This document shows positions 57,037 to 64,000 of a DNA stretch of 64,000 nt, in pieces. Every line of letters starts with the position of its first letter. Within the stretch, counting starts at the first letter, position 1. The position numbers and the translations under genes are program-made. Under the pieces are notes generated by a model, which was not told the DNA's origin, did not search any database, and saw only the letters and a program-made list of their open reading frames with translations. The stretch is taken from IMG/VR virus record IMGVR_UViG_3300023174_000080, positions 54,947 to 118,946 of that record. One strand, 5' to 3'. The DNA comes from a virus.

Positions 57037-58248
57037 GTGATATTTCAAACACTAGACGATAAAAAAAATTGTGTAGCGCTTTACCAAAACAAAGAATTAA
57101 AATATAATTTTTCTCCTGATGAGAGCATGAGTAAAACTTGGTCTTACTCAGCCTTTTTAAAAGGTGCTGATGTGCAGTATGCTTCCTTATATACAGAAGG
57201 AAAGTCGTTAGACGAATGCTGCCCAGAAGCTTTAAAAGACGAATGGTTGGCTATAAATAATCGTCTTAAATCATTTATTAATTCTTTCATTGAATCAAAA
57301 GTATCGCTAAAAGAAAATTGTTTTTTTGATTTAACTCCAAAGAAATTTTTGATTGATTATTGTGAATTAAAAAATAAAATTTGTGAATCAGTTTTTTCTA
57401 ATGTTTCTAAACCATTAGAATATAATTTCTATAGAAGATTTAATGAATTATTACACGATATAAAATATCGTGATCTTAATATAGATGTAGAAAATATTCA
57501 TAATAAACTTTATAAAAAAGAGGCAATGACATTCTATAAAAAAGTAATAAATGGTAAAAATAACATAAACTATAATATGTTTGGATCAATAACTGGTAGG
57601 TTAACAGTTAAAAAAGATAGTTTTCCTATTTTAACTTTTCCTAAGCAATATCGTAGCATTCTTAAACCAGTAAATGACTGGTTTGTTTGTTTGGACATGA
57701 ATGCCGCTGAATTAAGAACAGCACTGGCTTTAATGGGTAAAGAACAACCTGTCGGTGATCTACACCAATGGTGTGCAGAAAACCTTTTTAAAGGCGATTT
57801 AAGCCGCTCACAGGCAAAAGAAACAGCAACATCTTGGTTATATAATTCTAGTTCAGAGCTAGCTAAGAAATATAATGATGTACTTTCTAGTTTTTATGAC
57901 AAAGACGGATTAAAGAAAAAATACTGGATTAATGGTTATATTAATACACCATATAACAGAATAATACAAAGCGATGATCATCATGCTATTTCCTATTTAA
58001 ATCAATCAACATTTATAGATCTATTTCATAGACAAATAATTAAAGTTGATGATTTTTTAAAAAATAAAAAATCATTTGTTTCATTTATGATACATGATGA
58101 ATTTGTTATTGATATGAGCGATGATGAAAAAGATGAAATATTAAATATTATTAATATTTTACAAGATACGCCATATGGTAAATTTACTGTTAATGTAAAA
58201 GCAGGTAAAAATTTTGGTGAAATGAAAAAATTAAATTTAAAGGCATAA
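57037..58248 (+). CDS. minimal family-A DNA polymerase-like protein
   Basis: TGRL, motif A LDMNAAELR, motif B RSQAK...LY, QS, motif C IHDE; GTG start with GAGG RBS. Confidence 0.8.
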   Translation: MIFQTLDDKKNCVALYQNKELKYNFSPDESMSKTWSYSAFLKGADVQYASLYTEGKSLDECCPEALKDEWLAINNRLKSFINSFIESKVSLKENCFFDLTPKKFLIDYCELKNKICESVFSNVSKPLEYNFYRRFNELLHDIKYRDLNIDVENIHNKLYKKEAMTFYKKVINGKNNINYNMFGSITGRLTVKKDSFPILTFPKQYRSILKPVNDWFVCLDMNAAELRTALALMGKEQPVGDLHQWCAENLFKGDLSRSQAKETATSWLYNSSSELAKKYNDVLSSFYDKDGLKKKYWINGYINTPYNRIIQSDDHHAISYLNQSTFIDLFHRQIIKVDDFLKNKKSFVSFMIHDEFVIDMSDDEKDEILNIINILQDTPYGKFTVNVKAGKNFGEMKKLNLKA

Positions 58249-58249
58249 T

Positions 58250-59077
58250 ATGATTACTGTAATTTGCTTAGGATCCAAAGCTTGTGACCTTGGAGAAATA
58301 TTTGAAAATTCAAAAGAGTATATTGTTAAATTAATAGATAAAGAAATTGAAGGAGATAATTGTTTCTCTATAAAACAACAAAACACACCAGAAGACTACG
58401 AGTTAAAGACCCCTGATATGAGAGAATATTTTTCTGATATTTCAGATGACGTATTATTTATTACTAGTGGCGACTCGGAAGTTTTAAGTTGTTCTTTAAA
58501 AATTTTACAACAAATAAAACATAAAAAAATATCGATTGCTTATCTAAGACCAACGTTAGATTTTTTAACTATTAAAGGTCAAATGCAAGATAAACTAGCT
58601 TTTAATGTTCTTCAGGAGTATACTAGATCTGGATTATTTGATAATATTTATTTATTCGGAGACTCATCAATAGAAGTATTGATGTCCGATACATCTATAA
58701 ATGAATATGATAAAAAATACTATAATCTTATTTATAATTCACTAACTAACTATCTAAAATTAGATAATGTTGATTGTTTAATAAACAACGCCAATCGACC
58801 AAGTAATATTAGTAAAATAATAACTTTTGGTTATTATGACGTAAGCTCAGATATTGAGAGTTTATTTTATCCAATAAAATATTGCGATAGTAAAATTTAT
58901 AATTTTTATATCAATGAAGAGTCTTTAAACACTGATAAAATTTTACATAAAAAAATAAAAGAAAAAATTAAAAATAAAAATGTTGACACTACAAAATGCT
59001 CTTATACAATAAGAGCTACAACGGCTGAACAAAACTTTTGTTATGTTGTAGCATATAGTAAACTTATTCAAGAATAG
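58250..59077 (+). CDS. degenerate tubulin/FtsZ (PhuZ-like) protein
   Basis: TVICLGSKACDLG resembles the T1 loop, and DVLFITSG resembles FtsZ DMVFITAG, but the GGGTG signature is absent. Confidence 0.5.
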   Translation: MITVICLGSKACDLGEIFENSKEYIVKLIDKEIEGDNCFSIKQQNTPEDYELKTPDMREYFSDISDDVLFITSGDSEVLSCSLKILQQIKHKKISIAYLRPTLDFLTIKGQMQDKLAFNVLQEYTRSGLFDNIYLFGDSSIEVLMSDTSINEYDKKYYNLIYNSLTNYLKLDNVDCLINNANRPSNISKIITFGYYDVSSDIESLFYPIKYCDSKIYNFYINEESLNTDKILHKKIKEKIKNKNVDTTKCSYTIRATTAEQNFCYVVAYSKLIQE

Positions 59078-59084
59078 AGGGAAT

Positions 59085-59324
59085 ATGATTACATATAAAG
59101 CACTATATAGAAAAAAGAATGGACAATTTCGTAGCATGCATTTTTCTAAGTTAAAGAACTTGCCACCAGAGTTTGTATCAGCTAAGATACGTAAGTCAAA
59201 GAATACTAAGCTTGCTGAAGGAATGGAAGTAGTGTGGGATTTAGACGCACAAGATTTCCGTATTTTTAATTGGAATACGGTTGTAGGTGAAGTAAAGAAA
59301 CAAGAAGAAATGTTTGTGTTGTAA
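59085..59324 (+). CDS. small SH3/Sm-like (WYL_2/DUF2693-like) protein
   Basis: YRKKNGQFRSM...VWDLDAQDFRIFNW. Confidence 0.6.
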   Translation: MITYKALYRKKNGQFRSMHFSKLKNLPPEFVSAKIRKSKNTKLAEGMEVVWDLDAQDFRIFNWNTVVGEVKKQEEMFVL

Positions 59325-59348
59325 CTCTAGCTCAAGACGTGTTAGAGT
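59319..59348 (+). promoter_or_regulatory. possible sigma70-type promoter for ssb
   Basis: TTGTAA-N18-TAGAGT with TGn extension. Confidence 0.45.
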
Positions 59349-59402
59349 CTAACCATCAGCCGGGAGATTTACCGTGCTGATATATAAAGGAGAAGTAAAA
59401 AT

Positions 59403-60170
59403 ATGGGTATTGATCTAAAGAAGATGAAGGCAAAGCTTAACGCACTAAACAATAAGGGTGGTAATAAGACCAATTTCTGGAGTCCAAAGGAAGGACAATC
59501 TTATTCTCTCCGCATCGTTCCAACGCCAGATGGCGATCCATTCAAGGAGTCTTGGTTCCACTATGAACTAGGTACTACAGGCGGTTTCCTTTGTCCAAAG
59601 AAAAACTATGGAGACTCCTGCCCAGCTTGTGATTTTGCTAGCAAGCTCTATAAGGAAAAGAACGAAGAAAGTGCAAAGATGGCTAAAAAGCTATTGCCAC
59701 GTCAACGATTCTTCTCACCAGTAGTGGTTCGTGGAGAGGAAAAGGAAGGCATTAAGATTTGGGGCTATGGCAAGCTAGTATATCAAGATCTTATTAATCT
59801 TGTTCTAAATCCAGACTATGGTGATATTACAGATCCAGAAGCTGGTACAGATTTGACTATCGCAGCGAGCAAGGCTCCGGGTCAGTCTTTCCCAACTACA
59901 AAGGTAACTCCTGCCCGTAAGACAAGTAAGCTTTGTCAAGGTACAGATGTTGAATGTAAGGAACTTCTGGAAACTCTTCCAGAATTTGAAACATTGCACC
60001 AACGCAAGACAACAGAAGAAGTGTCAGCTATTCTAGATGCTTATCTTGCTGGTAATACAGATGAAGAGGCAGAGGAATCTTCATCAGAAACTAAGAAGTT
60101 TGCCGCAGCCGTACCAGTTAAGGCTAAGTCAGCAGTTGACGAAGCGTTTTCTGAATTAATGGGTAACTAA
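59403..60170 (+). CDS. single-stranded DNA-binding protein (T4 gp32-like)
   Basis: FWSP...LRIVP, HY, CP...CPAC, IWGYGK, DITDPEAGTD, acidic tail; AAGGAG RBS. Confidence 0.85.
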   Translation: MGIDLKKMKAKLNALNNKGGNKTNFWSPKEGQSYSLRIVPTPDGDPFKESWFHYELGTTGGFLCPKKNYGDSCPACDFASKLYKEKNEESAKMAKKLLPRQRFFSPVVVRGEEKEGIKIWGYGKLVYQDLINLVLNPDYGDITDPEAGTDLTIAASKAPGQSFPTTKVTPARKTSKLCQGTDVECKELLETLPEFETLHQRKTTEEVSAILDAYLAGNTDEEAEESSSETKKFAAAVPVKAKSAVDEAFSELMGN

Positions 60171-60196
60171 ACAAACAAGTTGTTGTGAGTTAAACT

Positions 60197-60230
60197 GAGG
60201 GCACAGAAGAAATTCTGTGCCTTCTTTTCT
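60197..60230 (+). terminator. intrinsic terminator
   Basis: GGCACAGAA-GAAA-TTCTGTGCC followed by TTCTTTT. Confidence 0.8.
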
Positions 60231-60243
60231 ATCTGGAGATAAA

Positions 60244-61401
60244 ATGGCAATGGCTAAAAAAACTGAAAAAAGCGAAGCGGGAAAAGTTTCTATTAATGAT
60301 TTGCGTACTCTATTAAATAAAAAGAGTGGTAGAGAAGTTGCTTATGATTTAGCAGAGGATAATCCAACAGATGTTACCGATTGGATTCCAACAGGAAGTC
60401 GCTGGTTAGATTCTATTATTTGCCGTGGAAAGCTAGCTGGTATTCCTGTGGGCAAATTAACAGAACTTGCTGGCTTGGAAGGCTCTGGTAAATCTTATAT
60501 GGCAGCACAGGTTGCTGCAAACGCACAAAAGATGGGAATTGATGTTGTATACTTTGACAGCGAATCCGCTATCGATTCAGAATTCCTTGTAAAAGCGGGA
60601 TGCGATATTGAAAAGCTTCTTTATGTTCAAGCGGAGAGCGTTGAATTCGTTCTTGAAAGTATTGAAGAGCTATTAAAAAATAATAAAAATAGAATGTTGT
60701 TTATTTGGGATTCTATGGCATTGACTCCAAGCAAGACTGATATTGAAGGCGATTTTGACCCACAATCTTCAATGGCAGTCAAGCCACGTATTCTTGCCAA
60801 GGGTTTATCAAAGCTAGTTCAACCTATTGCTAATAGCCATTCAACCCTATTGGTCCTAAACCAGCTTAAAACCAACCTAAACGTCCAGAATATCAAATAT
60901 GCAACTGATAGTGAGAGATACACCACCCCCGGTGGAAAAGCGCTCAGTTACGCTTATAGCTTGCGTATATGGCTAACTGGACGTAAATCAAAGGATAGTT
61001 ATGTTCTTGATAGCCGTGGATATAAGATTGGTAGCGAAGTCAAGGCAAGATTAGAAAAATCTCGCTTTGGTACAGCAGGACGCGAATGCCTGTTTAAAAT
61101 CATGTGGGGTGGCAGCGTTGGAGTATTGGACAATGAAAGCATATTTGAAGCTGTGAAACCATTTATTAAACAAATGGGTGCATGGTATGAACTAGAAGTT
61201 GCCGGTACACCAAAGAAATTTCAGCAAAGCGGTTGGGAAGACTTAATGAATAAAGATGAAGCTTTTAGAAAAGCTGTTCTTGATATTATGGACAGTGAAG
61301 TTATAGTAAAATTTGATACCCGTGAAGGCGATGCAAAGAATTTCTATAATATTGAAGGTGAAGAAAATATTGATCCAACAACTGGTGAAGTGTTAAATTA
61401 A
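60244..61401 (+). CDS. recA: RecA/UvsX recombinase
   Basis: IPTGS..LD, GLEGSGKS Walker A, YFDSE, FIWDS, LNQ, TPGGKAL; the GGAG RBS favours ATG 60244. Confidence 0.93.
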   Translation: MAMAKKTEKSEAGKVSINDLRTLLNKKSGREVAYDLAEDNPTDVTDWIPTGSRWLDSIICRGKLAGIPVGKLTELAGLEGSGKSYMAAQVAANAQKMGIDVVYFDSESAIDSEFLVKAGCDIEKLLYVQAESVEFVLESIEELLKNNKNRMLFIWDSMALTPSKTDIEGDFDPQSSMAVKPRILAKGLSKLVQPIANSHSTLLVLNQLKTNLNVQNIKYATDSERYTTPGGKALSYAYSLRIWLTGRKSKDSYVLDSRGYKIGSEVKARLEKSRFGTAGRECLFKIMWGGSVGVLDNESIFEAVKPFIKQMGAWYELEVAGTPKKFQQSGWEDLMNKDEAFRKAVLDIMDSEVIVKFDTREGDAKNFYNIEGEENIDPTTGEVLN

Positions 61402-61412
61402 TATTTAAGCAC

Positions 61413-61441
61413 TTGTAAACGAAACCGCTCTAGTGTAGAAT
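61413..61441 (+). promoter_or_regulatory. sigma70-type promoter whose -10 lies in a hairpin loop
   Basis: TTGTAA-N17-TAGAAT. Confidence 0.6.
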
Positions 61442-61461
61442 ACTAGAGCGGTTTTCTTTTT
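61422..61461 (+). terminator. intrinsic terminator after recA
   Basis: AAACCGCTCTAGT-GTAGAAT-ACTAGAGCGGTTT (13-bp stem) followed by a T run. Confidence 0.8.
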
Positions 61462-61470
61462 GGAGGATAC

Positions 61471-62400
61471 ATGTCATTATCTGTTTGCTGCCAGTGGCTT
61501 TCTTCTCGTACAAAACGTGATGGTTCTATAGTTTATGAAAATGTTCTTGACGAAAAAAACCTCCAGCTTGGAGCGTTTAAAAACGGCAAATATTCAGAAC
61601 AAAAAATTATTGAAACTTATCACAATAATGTCGATGAACACATTAAGATTTTTCCTAAATTTCTAGAAAATAATATTAAGTCTTTCCGGCTTAGTAGTTC
61701 TCTTTTTCCGTTATTTGAGTTTTGCTCTCATCTTGCAAAAGAAGATATTTCTCTAAAGAATAAGCTTGCTTATCTTGGTGGTTTGTTTTATTCTCACGGC
61801 ATCCGTGTAACAACACATCCCGGCCAATTTACTGTTATCTCTAGTGATAGCGATAAGGTAATCGAAAATTCTATTCGTGAACTTGAATATCATGCGTGGA
61901 TTTTTGATACTATGGGTTTTGAACAAACGCCATATTATGCAATTAATATTCATGGCGGCAAAAAAGATAGAACTAACAAAATTATAGAAGTATTTAAATC
62001 ACTACCAACAAATATTAAGAATCGGTTAACTCTTGAGAATGATGAAAAGTGTTATAATGTGAAACAGTTATTGGAGATACATGAGCAAACAAATATTCCT
62101 ATCGTCCTTGATTCTCATCACTATACTTTTGGAAGTAATGATCTATCTTTCATAGATGCTTTTTTGGAAACCTCTAAAACATGGAAAAAAATTAAACCAT
62201 TACAGCATCTTTCCAATACAGAACCGGGAATGGAAAATGGCTCATACGCCCAACGTAGAAGCCATTCCAACTTTATTCACCATGTTCCAGACATACAATT
62301 AGCAGCAATTCGTGATAATTTGATTGATGTCGATGTAGAAGCTAAGATGAAAAATCTTGCGGTATTACAGATGCGTAAAAAATTTGATATCAATGTTTAA
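61471..62400 (+). CDS. uvsE: UV damage endonuclease
   Basis: FRLSSSLFP, RVTTHPGQF, INIHGG, RLTLENDE, VLDSHH, HLS, HS, DVEAKMK. Confidence 0.93.
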   Translation: MSLSVCCQWLSSRTKRDGSIVYENVLDEKNLQLGAFKNGKYSEQKIIETYHNNVDEHIKIFPKFLENNIKSFRLSSSLFPLFEFCSHLAKEDISLKNKLAYLGGLFYSHGIRVTTHPGQFTVISSDSDKVIENSIRELEYHAWIFDTMGFEQTPYYAINIHGGKKDRTNKIIEVFKSLPTNIKNRLTLENDEKCYNVKQLLEIHEQTNIPIVLDSHHYTFGSNDLSFIDAFLETSKTWKKIKPLQHLSNTEPGMENGSYAQRRSHSNFIHHVPDIQLAAIRDNLIDVDVEAKMKNLAVLQMRKKFDINV

Positions 62401-62578
62401 ACCAAAACTTGGTCAGCTAGTTATATATACTCATCCTTATTTAAATCAGGGACAGTCTTATTATGCTATAGTGACAGACATACAAGACGATGATATAATA
62501 CAAATAGCGTTCTGTGACCAAGATTGGATTTTATACGTAAGCATTAAGTTTCTAGAACTAGCATCAGATGTTGACTAA
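62393..62578 (+). CDS. small SH3/KOW-like hypothetical protein
   Basis: MFKPKLGQLVIY...AIVTDI; start probably at ATG 62393. Confidence 0.45.
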   Translation: MFKPKLGQLVIYTHPYLNQGQSYYAIVTDIQDDDIIQIAFCDQDWILYVSIKFLELASDVD

Positions 62579-62599
62579 AGGCTGATTTGTTGTTAGTAT
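62571..62599 (+). promoter_or_regulatory. sigma70-type promoter for the deaminase gene
   Basis: TTGACT-N17-TAGTAT with TGn extension. Confidence 0.7.
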
Positions 62600-62624
62600 G
62601 CTTTTACTTTCAAAGGAGAAAGAC

Positions 62625-63096
62625 ATGGATACCGATTCGACGACGACGAGCTATACGAAGAAGCACAGCGAGATTACTGATACTCATATTGCAAGAGGGG
62701 AGGTATCAAAAAAGATTCGGAGGTATCTTCCAGCTGGCTAAAAAGCTTGCTAATGCATCTACTTATGGTAATTTTAGACATGGTGCGGTTCTTATTCGCG
62801 GTGGTGCCATTGTTGGCATGGGAATCAATTCAGAGCGGTATTGTTCAGTTGGAAAAGATTATCGTCCTGAAGAAAAGGGAAACGCCACATACCACGCGGA
62901 AATCAAGGCGCTACTCAACATTCCGCGACATGTGACTAAGGGTTCTATTATGTATGTTGCTCGCTGTTCAAAGAACGGTAACGATGATAGAATGAGTAAG
63001 CCGTGCGCTATGTGCCATGCAGTTATGGAAGAACGTGGTATTAAGAAGGTTTATTATACTGTAGATAATGAGGTTGTTGGAACTTATAAATTTTAA
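62625..63096 (+). CDS. zinc-dependent CDA/dCMP-type deaminase, probably made via a +1 frameshift at 62727-62730
   Basis: HGAVL, HAE and PCAMC are in frame +1 relative to the RBS-led ATG at 62625, whose own frame stops at 62741. Confidence 0.75.
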
Positions 63097-63098
63097 TT

Positions 63099-63410
63099 AT
63101 GAATAATACAGAAAATGAATTGCTTTTTGTTAAAGAACAAATAGAGACATTAACTGATGATATGTCTAAATTGCGTTTACAAATCATATCTTTGATAGAC
63201 CAAAATGGTGAACTGTATAAGGCTTTAGAAAAAACAACTTATTGGCTTTTGAATGTTGCAATTAAAAACAATATTGATTTTGAATGTCTAAAAACAAACA
63301 AAGAGATTCTAGGAGAAAAAAGATATTTAGAAATAGCAGAGGCGGCTGAACATCATATAAAGCAAATTAAGGATTTCCAAGATGGATGGAAAAAAAATTC
63401 TCATAATTGA
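63099..63410 (+). CDS. hypothetical coiled-coil protein
   Basis: 103-aa ORF. Confidence 0.5.
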   Translation: MNNTENELLFVKEQIETLTDDMSKLRLQIISLIDQNGELYKALEKTTYWLLNVAIKNNIDFECLKTNKEILGEKRYLEIAEAAEHHIKQIKDFQDGWKKNSHN

Positions 63411-64000
63411 TGCAAATAATTTATACATAAGAAATTATGTTATGAATCCAGCCGTATCTACTAACGGAAGCCCTATTGGTGGCATATTTGGTTTTCTTAA
63501 ATCTCTCCAAAAATTATGCAGAGAGATTAAGCCAAATCGTATTGTAATTTGTTGGGATGGAAAAGGCGGTTCTAATAAACGGCGTCTTGTAAATAAAAAT
63601 TATAAAGATGGCAGAAAACCTCTTCGCTTAAATAGAAATATTCAAGTTCTTGAAGGTGAAGAAGAATTGAAAAATAAAATTTGGCAGATGACTAGACTGG
63701 CTGAATATCTAAATATGATGCCAATAATCCAGCTATTACTTGATTCTGTAGAGGCTGATGATTTAATTTCTGCTATTACTAATCATCCTTCTTTAAGTGA
63801 ATATTTTAAAGTCATCGTATCAAATGATAAAGATTTTATTCAGTTGTGTGATAATAAAACAATCCTATACCGGCCAGTAAAAGACGAATATTTAAATACA
63901 AAAAGAATTGTAGAGCAATATGGTATTCATCCCAATAATTTTTGCTTGGCAAGAGCCATTTCTGGTGATAAAAGCGATAATCTTGATGGCGTTTCAGGTG
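63382..64000 (+). CDS. 5'-3' exonuclease / flap endonuclease (T4 RNase H-like), truncated by the window end
   Basis: MDGKKILIIDANNL...GIFGFLKSL...ICWDG...YKDGR...EADD...SNDKDF...GDKSDNLDGV; not in the ORF track because it has no stop in the window. Confidence 0.9.
   Translation, partial: MDGKKILIIDANNLYIRNYVMNPAVSTNGSPIGGIFGFLKSLQKLCREIKPNRIVICWDGKGGSNKRRLVNKNYKDGRKPLRLNRNIQVLEGEEELKNKIWQMTRLAEYLNMMPIIQLLLDSVEADDLISAITNHPSLSEYFKVIVSNDKDFIQLCDNKTILYRPVKDEYLNTKRIVEQYGIHPNNFCLARAISGDKSDNLDGVSG

Noticed and set aside
1533-61953. Minus-strand ORFs in the track (e.g. 5663-6223, 27007-27591, 39598-40062, 50599-51225)
   Set aside because: They are antisense shadows of well-supported + strand genes, often over low-complexity segments, with no RBS or motifs.
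62587-62727. TTG-started N-terminus of the 169-aa deaminase ORF
   Set aside because: The start lies within the predicted promoter spacer, has no RBS, and encodes off-frame-looking sequence.
62708-62935. -1 frameshift at A-AAA-AAG into the 62747-62935 frame as the main product
   Set aside because: That frame has no recognisable motifs and would bypass the deaminase active site; at most a side reaction.
1-64000. Alternative genetic code (stop-codon reassignment), as seen in some large phages
   Set aside because: Conserved genes are full length in the standard code, and TAA, TAG and TGA all end ORFs at expected positions.
1-64000. tRNA, rRNA or mobile elements
   Set aside because: Intergenic gaps are short and no cloverleaf, transposase or integrase was recognised by eye; tRNAscan-SE or Infernal would be needed to be certain.

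Overview
The window is a 64-kb AT-rich segment of a large dsDNA myophage with a T4-superfamily morphogenesis module. Essentially all real genes are on the + strand and use the standard genetic code. Order: baseplate/collar and fibre genes (1-21.5 kb); RuvC, primase and an Mre11-Rad50 (SbcD-SbcC) fusion; a small membrane/lysis-like cassette; terminase, portal, candidate internal head proteins, prohead protease, a divergent bS21-like protein, scaffold and major capsid protein; neck, sheath, two tail-tube paralogues, tail chaperone, tape measure and hub; then a replication/repair block (minimal family-A polymerase, degenerate tubulin/FtsZ-like protein, SSB, RecA, UvsE, deaminase, 5'-3' exonuclease). 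The most notable signals are: (1) a prfB(RF2)-like +1 frameshift cassette (GGAGG-TAT-CTT-C) that appears necessary to express the deaminase; (2) a +1/-2 frameshift on a T7 run in the tail chaperone; (3) an unannotated 23-aa CC-containing mini-gene with its own promoter motif, RBS and hairpin; (4) a baseplate gene apparently split by a fibre cassette; (5) shared IIxEE and RMxxLAGI motifs among head-region proteins; (6) an ACTATTTAT late-promoter motif, and promoters built into terminator hairpins. All product calls come from motif recognition by eye and gene order; no database searches were run.
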